Assembly (NCBI RefSeq): GCF_018350175.1 | Contig: NC_058368.1 | Span: 151,220,001-151,284,000, forward strand | Origin: Felis catus | Lineage: Eukaryota | DNA: 64,000 nt | Direction of reading: 5' to 3' | In this document: positions 51,040-64,000 of the stretch, piece by piece | How positions within the stretch are numbered: the first letter of the stretch is position 1 | Layout: every line of letters begins with the position of its first letter | Translations under genes and position numbers: made by a program | The notes under the pieces: generated by a model | Seen by the model: the letters and a program-made list of their open reading frames with translations, nothing else | The model's database searches: none | What the model was told of the DNA's origin: nothing

Positions 51040-51072
51040 AACCCTCTTGTTGATTTAAATAAAAAGAATACA

Positions 51073-51245
51073 GGGGTGCCGGGGTGGCTCAGTCAGTCAG
51101 TTGAGCATCCCACTTCGGCTCAGGTCATGATCTCATGGTTCATGAGTTTGAGCCCCGCGTTGGGATCTGTGCTGACAGCTCAGAGCCTGGAGTCTGCTTC
51201 AGATTCTTGTCTCCCTCTCTCTCTGCCCCTCTCCCATTCGCGCGT

Positions 51246-51284
<39 letters not shown>

Positions 51285-51302
51285 ATTAAATAAAAACATT
51301 CA
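51073..51302 (+). mobile_element. Felid SINE
   Basis: TSD aaaaag(a/g)ataca at 51061-51072 and 51303-51314. Confidence 0.94.
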
Positions 51303-54300
51303 AAAAAGGATACAGTTTAAGAAACCAACCCATTAGATCTGAGTGTTTCTCATGTGTTTCTGCCTTCCTGTCAATTATAGAAATCATGAAGCTTGCATCT
51401 CTTAAAAATTTGATAATTGGAGTAGAATAGAAGAGAGAAAGAAGGTGTTATTAAATGGATATATTGTGTGTAAAATTACTGGTAGGGCTGGTGAATTCTG
51501 ATGAATAAAATCCTCATAATGATTTCTCAACGAGCATTCACTAAACTATAAAATTGGCACAGTCAGCATGACTTCTTAAATATCAAATACTGTCAATAAC
51601 GTAAGAAATTATGGATGTTTCATTTTTTAATCAGAAGTGTGCTCTGAATAAGTGCACAGAATCAGCGGTGATATTTTGCAGAATTAATAGTTATGTATGA
51701 AATAAAGTCATAAGAAATATCTACTGAGGCAAACATTGAACTCTTCACTGAAATTAAAGACGTTTTAGTACAAACTTTTTCCTTTGGGCCTACTGCTTTA
51801 ACTCTGTGGTGAAAGCCAATAAGAAAATGCAGTTTTATACAAAAACATGAACTTGCAACAAAATTCCTTCAGACCGTGTCAGGTGCATAAAGTGAAGTAA
51901 AGCTTCATGCTTTCCAGTCATATGCCAATAGTGTACGTTCCCTAGAAGGAAGACAGGGAACAAGTTTTCAAAGAAGGGAGCTTTTGCCTGCAGTGGCTTA
52001 GATGACTCACTCTGTCACAGGGGATAATTTCACTGCGACCATTGAGATTTTTGTTATTTTCTCTCTGGGAGAAGGAATAGCTGGGTTTATTTTAAGTGCC
52101 GGGCAAAGGGATTGTTAGTGGGAATTCTGCACGAAACGACCCAAGATGTAAGCTGCACAGGATCATTCATATTCTTAAGATAAGTTACTTCAAAATATGA
52201 GTATAATTACCCTTGAAATGTTACTTTTGAGTGTTTTTTTTAACTCTTTTTTTTTTCTTAGCGGGTAAAGGAAGCACTTAAAATAATGACTGGGGTTGGT
52301 GGTATTTATAGGCCAGAATTGTCTGGAAGTCCTTTTTTTCATCTTCACATAAACAGATGACTGTATGTAAAATAATGATTATATACTCTCGGTATTTTGA
52401 AACTGACTTTCATGTTTGGAATGCTCCTGACATCACCTACAGAGATCAGTGCTGTGGTCCATGGAAGGCATAGAAAACTAAGCTTCGTCATGTGTTTCTG
52501 TCTTCCTGTCAATAAGCTCACCTCTGGCTAATGAATGCAGAGAGACAGGTCTGCACTGTGCCAGAGTTGTATGTAAACTGCTCAGGAGCATTTGGGGCCC
52601 CACTGGCACCTCTCAGAACATTCCTGTGTTTACAGCCCCCAGAATATCTTGGGCATAGCTTGCTTCTCTAGCTCTGACTTGTTGCTAAGAGTCAAGCCAC
52701 TGTGTAAAAAAACGGTGCCTCATTTTCACAGGGGCTCCTCAGCAGAGCAAATGGCCATGGGTTCTCTTTTCCTATGACCACAGTGCTGTTTGGGTTTGCT
52801 CTCTAGAAAAACGCATTGATATATTTGCGGCTGGTGGGGGCACTGCTTTATTGCCCATTGTGGAATGCATACTAAATAAAAACCACTATGATTTGTAATA
52901 AGCAACCTTACATGCTCTTCAGGTTCCTCCGATGTTCAAACATGCATAACCAACCATCAATATAAGAAATTCACCTCTAAGCTGTTAGTGTATTATAGTC
53001 TGTGACTTTTCAACTCAGGGAATGATACTCATTTATCTGTCTGTCCCATTCAGAACAACTTCTCCTTTATTGCATTTAGAACAGTATAACTGAAAGGCAA
53101 TAAGGAAAGGCAATATCATAGAGTGGTTCACATTACGCTGAATTTTATTGTAGTCTGACATTGTGAGTGAACCTTTGGAATCCTTGAAGGGAGCATAAAG
53201 GCAAAACCTGCTTCTAATGGACTGAAGAAAAATACTCTGACATAGTGATAAGTAAGGTGACTTCTAGAAATCAAGACTTGAAAACGTTTTTTTGAATGAG
53301 TGCTTATTTTTGTTGTCCGAATTCAGAGAATGATATTAAAACAGCTTGCCATTGGCCAGAACTACCAATTTTTCCCCCTTAAAGGCAGAGCTTCGTTTCT
53401 AAAGATGTAAGGTGATCCACAACTCCTCCAAACTCCAGGTTAAAACAAAACAAAACAAAAAAACCTTGTCTTGCATTTTCCTCCAATTCTTCTGATTGAT
53501 TATATCAACAGTATTAGAATTTAGATGCTGTGAGAGTTTTCTCTTTAATCTGTTTATTTTCTTATTATAAAATGGACACTTCAGTGGCATTTATAATTAT
53601 GAAGTTTATATTTTTTCATAGAAAGCAAAAAATTATTATCTCCATTATTCTCTGCTCTTAAAATACATGGAGTTGTATATTCTTTTGGCTTGAATTATTT
53701 TAGAGGGCTAGTGTAGATGTAGTTTTCAACTGCTATGGGAATTTTGATGACAACAGTAAAGAGTTCCCCAGAATCTTATAGTTCAAGTTAGAAATGAACA
53801 CTCAATATGACAGATAAGTTAGACTGAGAAGTGCAAAATTTTACAGGATGTCAGGAAAAGAATCTCCCCTTTTGTTAATGCAAACACAAACTATTTTTTC
53901 CCCTCTTTCTTGCCTCTCTACCATGGTCTTGTCCCTGTCCTTCACTTTTCCCCAATTAACCTCTTCTGTTGTTGTGCCTGGCACATAGTAGGTGCAGAGT
54001 AAATATTTGTGTGTGTGAATGAATGAATGAAGGACGTTCAGGACACAAGAGCTTCTTGGTTCACTTGAGTCATTTGGCTCTTAACAGTGCTCAGTGTATA
54101 AACTGGATGTGTTGTTGACAACTTTCTTTGCTCTTTGTGTGCATAAGCTAAGAATAAACAGCAGTGAAGGGAAGGAGTGCTTCATTCATCGGAGGATTAC
54201 ACCATCATAAACTCACCAAAGTGTACCACACAGAGCCAGTGATCACAGAAGACAGGCAACCCAGGCCCCATCATTAAATATAGAAGTCTGTCTTCAGTGT

Positions 54301-55024
54301 TTTTATCCAAACAGACTCTCTGTATTTTGGAAATTTCCATCATACTTCCTTTTCGGTTGCTTCTCTTCTCAAGATACGAAGATTGAAGCTTGAAACTTGG
54401 TCAGGAAAGCTGGAAAAGCGATATATATATATACATTCTCTTGTCACCCTGCAGAGACCGTGGTGTTATTGCTTTCTGGCTGACTTTTATGCCCCTGACT
54501 AATTTCTGTATTCTGGCAGAGATTTTTTTTTTTTTTTTTTTTGGAGTCTATCTTCTATGAAAAGTGGTCTGTCTTAAGTGAAAGCACTTCATATAAGAGA
54601 ACGTTCAGTTTGCAGTCAGGACAATAAGCCGACAGAAAACTCTGACATTCAAAGAGTTGAGTTCCAACAATGAAACGATTCCTCTTTCTCAAGACCAAAT
54701 AAAAGCGGTAACATCTCAAGTCTGTATCTTTAATTGGATACCAACTATTTGAGGGAACTCAGATAGAATTGATAAAGTTATTCGTGTTTTGCCAGAAATG
54801 TTTCACATCAGAAGGCTCAGTATGTTTTTTTTTTTACTAGTGAATCATGTGTCTGTGTGTGTGTTGTGTATACGTAGAGTAAGAATGAGTGTTAAGTACT
54901 ATCTTTGTGTTTGGTTATTTAAAGTGTGCAACATTTAATCATACTGTACTGAAAATGATTTTAATATTTTATAGTTTTTAAAGTTAATATTTAATACAAT
55001 ATTTTTATTAAAATACTTTAAAAA

Positions 55025-55225
55025 TGTTTTTTAAATTTATTTTTATTTTGAGACAGAGAGAGACAGAGAGAGTACGATCAGGGGAGGGGCAGAGAGAGAT
55101 CCTAAGCAGGCTACACGGTGTCAGCACAGAGCCCAATGCGGGGCTCAAACTCATTAACCACGAGATATGACCTGAGCCAAAACCAGGAGTTGGGCACTCA
55201 ACCTATTGAACCAACCAGGGGCCCC
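55025..55225 (-). mobile_element. Carnivore SINE
   Basis: Reverse SINE body ending ccaggggcccc. Confidence 0.9.
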
Positions 55226-55257
55226 TAATTTAAAATATTTTAAACATTAAAAAAATA

Positions 55258-55303
55258 TTATTTTAGAAAGAGAGAGTGTGCACAAGCTGGGGAGGGGCAG
55301 AGG

Positions 55304-55359
<56 letters not shown>

Positions 55360-55482
55360 CTTCGGCAGGCTCCTTGCCCAGTGTGGAGCCTGAGGTGAGG
55401 CTCAATCCCACAACCCTGGGATCATGACCTGAGCTGAAATCAAGAGTTAGATGTTCAATCGACTAAGCCACCCAAGTGCCCC
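55258..55482 (-). mobile_element. Carnivore SINE with an expanded (GA)n tract
   Basis: Reverse SINE body ending ccacccaagtgcccc; degenerate TSD aaca(t/c)t(a/g)aaaaaatatt. Confidence 0.9.
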
Positions 55483-56002
55483 AACACTGAAAAAATATTT
55501 TTTAAATGTTTTATTAAGTTGTTTTAAATATTACCAAAAATTTACTAAAGTAAGAAAATACATGAGAATAATGGTGTAGCTGGGGCAAAGGCAGAAATGT
55601 GCTTCTGCTGCTGAAGTGCCAATATGAGAACCAGATTGTGTGGGTTCACCATACTCTGAACAATGTTCTCGTCCCTGAGTAATAGCCACTGTCCATTTGG
55701 CTTGTTTTAAAGGTGCTTATATTCCTTACTTCCCTGAAGGTGAGATGTCATAAGTACATTATGTGGAAGTTTTTTGTAAACTGTAGTGTTCAAATATGAA
55801 ATGGGATTGGAGAAATTTAGGATATAAATTAGTCTCAAATGTAAAGTCTTATTAAGCAAAAAATTCATTTGGTGGTCAGCTCACATCTCTGTTGTATATG
55901 TACTCATTGACTTTTTGAGGTGGTCTAGAGGTAGTCAGAGCTTGTATATTATAACAACTCCTTATTTGCCTGACTATTGATATTTTGGTTGTGTTAGCTC
56001 TT

Positions 56003-56207
56003 TGTTTTGTTTTAACGTTTATTTATTTATTGAGAGAGAGATAGCGAAAGTGGGGGAGGGGCAGAGAGAGAGAAGGAGAGAATTTCAAGCAGGTTCTGCA
56101 CTGTCAGCGCTGAACCCATGCGGGGCTCGAACTCACAAACTGTAAGATTATGACCTGAGCTGAAATCAAGAGTCGGACGCTTAATCAACTGGGCCACTCA
56201 GGCGCCA
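56003..56207 (-). mobile_element. Carnivore SINE
   Basis: Reverse SINE body; ttagctctt on both flanks. Confidence 0.92.
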
Positions 56208-58092
56208 CTGGCAACATTAGCTCTTGATAAAAAATGCAATTGCAAAACTTCTGGGGAATTTATGTAGTAGGTTTTTATCCAGAGTCATATTGATTATTAT
56301 TTAACATAAATTATTAACAAATTTAGATCTCTTTTTCTATCTTAGAACAGATTGGAAGGAATAAAGTGAAATAATGTTAGACACAGGCACACTAGTAGAG
56401 AAGTCTTAACTGAGGACCTGGAACTGAAGGAGAAAGCAGCCAACTTCACAGGCAAACAGGACACACAGATAGGTAATACAATAGTGGAGATTCGCAATGA
56501 TGGCGTGAGACAAAAAATTTAAATTTGCAATCTAAAACATTTTCTACAGAAGCAAGGGCCTTTAGAAAACACTTTAGAAACTAATAAAAGTGATAAAAAA
56601 GAAAAAAAGGGTCAAAATGACAGCATTTCATTAGTTTATATACTCAACAAATATATATTTGGAAAATGCATGTCTGGGGCCATCTCATTAATGAGTTGGT
56701 ACTGTGTTTTGAATGGAAGGCAGTCTCCATCCATTCTCTCAAAAGGTGGTCTTGTTTCTCTTATAGTCTCTCTGGATTTAATTCTCAGAAATTTGACACA
56801 AATCAAAAACATTCTTTGGTAGATTGTAGTATCTTAAGGTACTTCTCAAAAGCACAAGAGTTGATGCTTGAGATATCTGGAAAAATGTACAATAAAATGT
56901 ATGTTTCTTCAGCTCTTCCTTTTATGCTGATATAGTCACTCAAACACCGATGATGTAAAGTCTTCAGGTAAATCTATGCAGGTAAAATTCTACTAAGTTG
57001 ATGCCACTACCTCTAAAGAGAGAGTTTGGGGACCCTCTGGACATGACCAAAAAAATCTCAGTTTTTTTGATATTCTATTAAAAAATTCAATCTGTAAATA
57101 ATGTTTTATGGTAAATGCTTCATTTTATTCCATCCATGTAACAACTGCCCTCTGTAATGAAAGTACCTATTTGTTTAGTGCTTAAAGTCTAAGAAGGGAA
57201 ATGGAATTGGTCTAAGGAGGCCCCCAGCTTTCATCGTGCTGTTGTTCGACCATGAAGGCATACTTAACTCTCTGCTGTCCTCACTCTGACACACTGATCA
57301 TTTGCACTTGGGAAGTGTACCTTCAATACCAAGTTACTCTTAAAAACAAAATAACACCACTAACGTGCAGAGCCTGGAGACAACTAGGACACAGGTTCCC
57401 TCCTTTCCCTTTTGTTTCAGGTGTGGGGATGGATTGTCACTTGCAAGTTAGTTGTAAAGAGGCTCTTTTTTAAACCACTTCATTTTCTGCTCTTAGATTG
57501 GGAATTTGTTTTCTACGAAGGTCATTAGGATAACAAAACTCAACTGAATTATCAAACAAAAGTGTGGCTGATCCGCATAGAATACTGTAAGGAGAATCAA
57601 CCCATGATCCTGAAAAATAATAGGCCACTGCATGTTCAGTTCTGCAGTTTTGTAATTTTAACGGGCTCTTCAGAGTTCCAGGTCTCCAATCTGACTGACT
57701 GCATGGAAATATGCCATCTAGATGCCTGCCTCCAACAAACTGATGTTACCCTGTGTTATGCAGCTTGGTGTTGGAGACTGAAGGCCAAAAAGCATGTTGA
57801 CTTTTTATGGTAAAAAAGTGCATCAGGAGGGCAACTACATACTAGTTACCCTCCCAAGTTTGACCCCTGTCCTAGGTTTTTATTGCCTAAACTGGCACCA
57901 AAGGAACTCCTTGAAAATAACACATTCCTTGTCCATTCAGTGGTTAATGATGCTTAAAAAAATCAGTTTGTGACTGTGACCTAAATTATGCCAGAAGCTG
58001 TAAAACCATGGTTTCTTTAAATTCAGATATGACCCCATGCTTTAAAACCACTACACTGACCCTATAGTACTGTTTTTGGGTGTGCGTGTCCT

Positions 58093-58099
58093 CACACAA

Positions 58100-58138
<39 letters not shown>

Positions 58139-58162
58139 CACACACTCACACTCACACACACA
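58093..58162 (+). repeat. (CA)n microsatellite, imperfect
   Basis: Read directly. Confidence 0.9.
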
Positions 58163-61100
58163 AAACACTTGGCATTAAATGACTCGATAAAAGAAATGGT
58201 ATTTTTCAGACTTCCATGTTAAAGAAAAGGCTCGTGAAAGAGATGTAAGTGAGCTTTAAGCCAAACATTTGTTTGGCTTTGCTGCAGCAGGCTGCAGGAA
58301 TGTAAACTTTTTTTTTTTTTCAATGACTTCAGCTCTTAATTTGAAAGCTAGGATTTTTAGGAGTGAGCAAGAGACTATATTTGGCCAAAAAATTCTGCTG
58401 GCTTTACTTAGCCACTCTGCACATTCAAAACAATACTTCTTTATCAAAAAAACAATAGTCTGTTTTATTCACAGCACATGTAGAAGTTGGAACATCGACT
58501 GAATTCCACTTTCTTCTCTCGCAGTGTGTCTGTAACCAGCTAATGAGCTGCAACAGAGCCTGGCCTTCATTTTCAGCAAATTAAGTTCATCCCTCATAGG
58601 AATTGTGGTCTGGCTGTGGCACCGCTCCTAGGTATGGGTGGGATTTGTTTCTTCTACCAGTTGTAGGTTAGCCACATGGGTACGTGCTGTCGCACCACAC
58701 AACAGAATTTTCTCTATAATAACCAGTCTAAGTAGCCTTTTACCCCACAAAAGTAGATCCCATTTAATTTACTTTGTGTTTATAGCACTCCCTCTCAAAC
58801 CGCATCGTTGGCACAGACTGATATTTATACAACTTTTTATTTTAAACTATTTATTTAGAGTTGAGACTTCAGTAGCACTCCCTGTCCGATTCATTGAGAT
58901 GCTTAAATTCAGGATGCTGAAAATGTAAATTGAGAAGAGTGATGTGTGTTCGTGGGACTCTTTTCTCCAGTGCATGGACACCCACACAACTCTCACTGAA
59001 GTCAAGGGAGGTTACATGTGTTGGTAAAATCTGTGATACAGATTGCTGGTAGGAAACCTTATGTTGGTGGGCGATTAAAAATAATTGCTCTTGCCTATTG
59101 TGTCTACATATTTCTTTGATGATATAGTTGATCACATCAGTTATGTAACATGCATCTAAAAATGTCTAGTTCAGAAGTACCAGTTTCATGGGGGATCTCT
59201 TTTCCTACGCAATGCTGTACTCCGTTACTCATTTATTCTAATGGAAGTCTCTAGTCAAATAGGTACTTGTCACAGAGGAAGAGGTAAATACAGCTCTTGA
59301 TTTTTTAATCTGACCTCTGTTTGGGGGCCTTACCCAAGTTGTACATTTCTTAAAGTTGTACATACTTTTAGTTTTTGAACTTTAAAGTGAGGGAGGGGAT
59401 GTCAATTTTGAATTCACATTTAACCACATAAAATAAAACAGCATATGGCCAGTTTTTCTGTCCACGGTGGACGTTTCATACTGTTAATGGCATTGGACCT
59501 TCATTTTCTGTGAGGTTCTGCATGTTGTTCTTAAGTCCTGTATTATTTTGTCATCTAAAAATACAAGTGAAGTCTTGTTCATATCTTTGATTCTCTTTTA
59601 TTTTCTTCTTTTGGAATACCTATCTATTTTCAAGACCCAGCTCATATATGATTTCTTCCTTGAGACATGTCTCATCTTTTCAAAGAACAACATAGCTCCA
59701 TTGCTGTGGCATAATCTTTGGAGATGTTACCCAGTGCTTTTGTCCTCCTAGTATTTCCTCTAACCCCTACCCTTCCTCTACATCCAGGAAGCTAGGGACA
59801 AAAAGTAAAACAAGTGACAGTAAAGGAGTCTACCGTTTTGTTTTTGTAACTCAAAATTAAGGATTTGCTTTAGAAAAGAGTTGAAAGAAGAAGGGGTCAG
59901 TTTCTGTTGTACTGTCCTCAGCCCAGGGTTAGGTAAGATTTCGCAGGTCCAGGAAAGGGAAGCAAGTTGAAAAGGGAGGAAGAGAGTTAAGGTGCTGGTG
60001 TGTCCCCAAGAAGAGGCACAGACAGTGCCTGAAGTGGTGAAGAAGCAGAGAAGCACCTGTGAGGAATGGACAGTAGCTGTGAGAGAGGGGACTGCTGAGG
60101 TCTTGCTCCAGGAATGGGGAAGATGGCCCAGGTCAGCACAGAAGAGATGGGGGCTTCCCCGAAGAGTCCAGTAGCAGAGATAATGCTGCGAGGACTGGAT
60201 TCCTCACCTTCGTCCTCTCTCCAGACTTCCTGGCACTTTTTAAATCCCCTGGAAGTTGGAGGCAACCCCGGGGGGAGACGGAGCTAGAGGAGGCCTTATT
60301 TTTGCTGCTATGTGAACGGGGGCTTCAACTCAAATATAAATTGTTATGGGAAAAATAATGAAATGATACACTTTTTGCATCTCTGTGCTTGGTGGCTCCA
60401 GGTTTCTGTGTGTCAATGGATTATGCCTTCCTTGTTGTCATACTCCTCTGGCAGAGAGTGTGACACATAGTAGGCACACAAGAAACCGTTGGTAGCAGAA
60501 TGAATCAGTATTGTAGAGCCAGACTTGCATGCCAACTGCTCCATATCTTTGATCTGGTTTCTCTGTTATGTCAGGGGGGGAAAAAAGTCCTGTCTTATTT
60601 TTGCCTGCTGCATGCCAGCTTGTCCTGTTTACTCCTGTGGTTTCCCAAATTCCCAAACAATGCGGCATTGCCTGAAATTACACTTCAGTGTTTTCTGGAG
60701 CATTTCTGCTGCCCACCCTACTTGCCATGACTCCACTTCAGTTCCTGGTATGCCAGCTGCTGTGATAGCTCAGTGTCACAAAACCTCTACATGCGTCCAC
60801 CCCAGTGGAGTTCAGTGGGACCACATCAATGCTGGGGAACTGGCTGACTTCCAGAGCCACACTGTGGGTCATTCTGTCTCATGCTTTGGTGAGGTCTATT
60901 TTCTCCATGGCCTTTCAGTGGGGAGAGGGGCCTGGGATAGGGCAGAGCCCAGAAAATAGAAACAGAATGCCCAGCGTGGGTGGAAAACATCCTCTTTCCC
61001 TCTTGAGTAGAGAAGATCCATTCAGAGGATGTTCCACTTATACATTGCCTGCTAGTCTAATTTTTCCAAAATTTTGTTTGCTTGTTTCTGGCACCTGTAA

Positions 61101-61280
61101 ACCAGATGGGATACCCACTGACATACTGAGTTGTGTAGGATGAGGGGGGCTGTTCTGTTTCCTCCTTCAGCCCTTGTAAAGTCATCCGCCATTGCCCTCA
61201 TGCACTGTTTAGACCTCAGCATCCATGGCTTATAAGTCCTATCTGTGTGATCTAAAACGTTCTCAAGCACTTGTTTAAAA

Positions 61281-61496
61281 GTTTTTTTTAATGTTTATTT
61301 ATTTCTGAGAAAGTGAGACAGAGACAGAGTGTGAGTGGGGGAGGAGCAGGAAGAGAGGGAGACACAGAATCTGAAGCAGGCTCTGGGCTCTGAGCTGTCA
61401 GCGCAGAGCCCAACGCAGGGCTCAAACCCATGAGCTGTGGGATCATGACCTGAGCCAGAGTTGAATGCTGAACCGACTGAGCCACCCAGCCGCCGC
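61281..61496 (-). mobile_element. Felid SINE
   Basis: Reverse SINE body; agcactt(g)tttaaa on both flanks. Confidence 0.93.
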
Positions 61497-62169
61497 TTAG
61501 CACTTTTAAACTTTAATACATTCAGTGGCAATGTCACAGCGATGCCTTTTACATGTGCGTCTGAAATAATGTAAGTATAAACTGCCCTCCACTTCTACTT
61601 CTTTCTTATATCAATTCGTATAGTTTGGTTACATGTACCCAAGAAACCAACAGAAACTCGCTGAAAAAGAACGTAATGGCCTCTTAACTGGAAGGTGGTG
61701 TAGTAGGTGGCTCCATTTTGTGAAGAAGTTGATTTTTTTCTGTCTCCCCACTGCACCTTCCACAGCCTTCTTCATGGTCAGAAGGTGACTACCAGCAGCT
61801 GACAGAACCAGGGCCACCTGTTTTCCTGTTCATGTCTTGCAGAGACATGGGAGCTACTAAGGAAGCTCCTTTTCCAGAAGCCCTTAGCAAATATATCCTT
61901 AAATCGTATCTCCCCAGTTTTCAAACACATATGATACGCATGCAACACGTCCCTCTCCTTCTCCTTCATTTATCATCTCTCACATTTATTTGGTTAACAT
62001 AGATAAAGACAGTGAGGACAATATAACATATCAACATGGCCCTGGATGAAACTGCAATGAAGAATATACTCTCAGTGACACAGGCTCCAGCTGCCTGCAA
62101 TTAATCACTCTCACTTAATTAATCAATCAATTGAAGCTGATTGGGGTTGTGAAAAGAATGGAGTGATGC

Positions 62170-62300
62170 TGTGTTCAAGCTTCGGCTTTGCTGTTTACTA
62201 GATGTGAGATCCTAGGCAATTTTTCTCACCTTCTAGAAACCCAGTTTTCAAATGAAATTGCTTGTAAAAGCATGCTGATAATGTCTACGTTCTCCAAATA
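62170..62300 (+). mobile_element. MIR fragment
   Basis: 'gttcaagcttcggctttgctgtttactagatgtgagatcctaggcaa...cagtttt'. Confidence 0.55.
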
Positions 62301-62750
62301 ATAATAACTGTTATTATCATTCATTTATAAGTAAAATATGGAGACTGGTCTTCATCTTAAGAGATCTATATCGAAAGGTTGTGTAGTGTATCAGAGTCTT
62401 CATTCATTCAAAAATGAAAGTTTATGCACAATTTGAAGTAGGTGAGACACTGCTGGATGGTAGGAATATGGTATTTATAAATGAATATGAACGTTAATTT
62501 TATCTGTAGAGGAAAATAATATAAAATGATACAGACGTTTTAGTTGCCTCTTCCAGGGCGTCTCTAGAAAAGAAGAGAGGGCCTTGGAGAAAGGAATGAC
62601 CAGCTCAGAGCTGAGTCCAGTTTGCAAACGAGGGAATTAAACAAGAGACAAGTATTAGAAGGTACAGGTGCCAAAGAGAAGAAGTGAGATCTGTATTGCA
62701 GGCCATGGCAGTGAAAATGAAGACAGTGGGTAAGTGTAAGAACTATTTTA

Positions 62751-62981
62751 GGGGTGCCTGGGTGGGTCACCTGGTGAAGCGTCTGACTCTTGATTTTGGC
62801 ATAGGTCATGATCTCATGGCTCGTGAGATCAAACCCCATGTTGGGTTCTGCACTATCAGTGCAGAGCCTGCTTGGGATTCTCTCTCTCTCCCTCTGTCGT
62901 TCTGCCCCACCCCAGCTTGTGTGTGCATGCACGCTCTGTCTCTCTTTCAAAATAAATAAAAATTTTTAAAAATTAAAAAAA
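62751..62981 (+). mobile_element. Carnivore SINE
   Basis: ggggtgcctgggtgg head, (CT)n tract and aaaataaataaaaa tail. Confidence 0.92.
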
Positions 62982-64000
62982 CCCACAAAATAAAACAGCC
63001 TGGCCACCCCACTCCCAAAGGATCAGATGTCTTGCCAAAAACTTTTTTAAAAAAGTAACTATTTCATGTGAAGAACAAAGACTTGCCAATTTAGTGATTA
63101 AGGTTTTTGAAATGGTGGCAGTGGAAAATGGGATGTCAGTGATGCTGAAGGTTTGCACCTGGCTGATCTCAGAAAATGTATGAAGATGGAGTGGGGGAGG
63201 GAATGGAGGGAACGGTAGCAGACACTATGGTAACCAATTTAGGGAAAGCCCTTAACTTCACATAAATCATCTTACTTAATTCCCCCAAAGAATCGTGCCA
63301 GTTATTGCTATGCCTTTTTTTTTTCCAGATGACTAAACTAAAAATGAGCAAGGTTTTTTTTGTTTGTTTTTGTTTTTGTTTTTCCTTCACACTGGTAATT
63401 CTGACTAATACATACACAGAAGAACCAAAAAGGAAACCCAAGTGGTTATTTGGTCACTTTGATTAACATAGTTATTCTGTGCGGACAATTCAGGCCAAAA
63501 AGGACCACGCTACTTTGCTCACCAAATACCATGCAGTGACTGTGTTTGTGTGTAATAATGTGTGTTTGGAGAGGGAATTATTTGTACTACCGAAGCTTTC
63601 GTCTTTGTGTTGGGTTTATAACATTGACTTAACTCACACTTGGATGTGCCTGGAAAATGTAGTTCCAATATGTTGTCTATAACTACTTTGGTTCTCTTAC
63701 AAATTTAAAGTTCCTGTGTCATTTAAAATTAGGTCTGCTCCAATCATTAAAATAATCCCTTTAGATAATGCTGCCCCTTTAGGAAACCATGCTTTGTCTC
63801 CCAAATTTCTCAACCTTCTGTCTACTTCCAGGTACCCTTTCTAATTGGTGATTGGGTGATTGTGGTGGACGGGTAAGACTTTCATAGTCTAGGAGTGGTG
63901 GGGAAGAGCTAGCTAGCATCTTTGGGTGCGGAGTTCTTTTGATCCTCTGGTTTCCAGGCTGATGTCCTTTGTCTGCTATCTTGCTGGCACTCAGCTGATG

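Noticed and set aside
60525..60959. 144-aa Cys/His-rich ORF
   Set aside because: No regular zinc-finger spacing or known motif; likely a chance ORF.
1..64000. CRISPR array, operon, intact retrovirus or other novel coding system
   Set aside because: No regularly spaced repeat-spacer array, no long ORFs, no paired intact LTRs; the window is mammalian non-coding regulatory DNA.

Overview
This window is mammalian (felid, most likely cat) genomic DNA with no protein-coding exon. Lineage is inferred from about 15 tRNA-derived carnivore SINEs of the felid SINEC_Fc type. I recognise the window, from memory of human/mouse sequence rather than a database search, as the 5' regulatory end of MEF2C on the minus strand. 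It contains the CpG-island first exon (303-~530, possibly to ~740), an 87-nt untranslated exon (4889-4975), and the distal first exon (20171-~20306). That distal exon is driven by the skeletal-muscle promoter, with its adjacent E-box and MEF2 site (20419-20450). The MEF2C coding exons lie to the left, outside the window. A second CpG island (~6480-7750) and a clean plus-strand exon (21458-21519) fit an antisense lncRNA (MEF2C-AS1-like). The first ~24 kb has no carnivore-age insertions, while the remaining ~40 kb is upstream/antisense-intronic DNA with SINEs, L1, L2, MIR, MER and microsatellites. I found no evidence for a novel protein-coding system. The most interesting signals are an exon packed with upstream AUGs, a candidate intronic myogenic enhancer, a degenerate ~190-bp dispersed duplication, nested insertions with preserved target-site duplications (TSDs), closely spaced head-to-head SINE pairs, and poly(A)-only micro-insertions.
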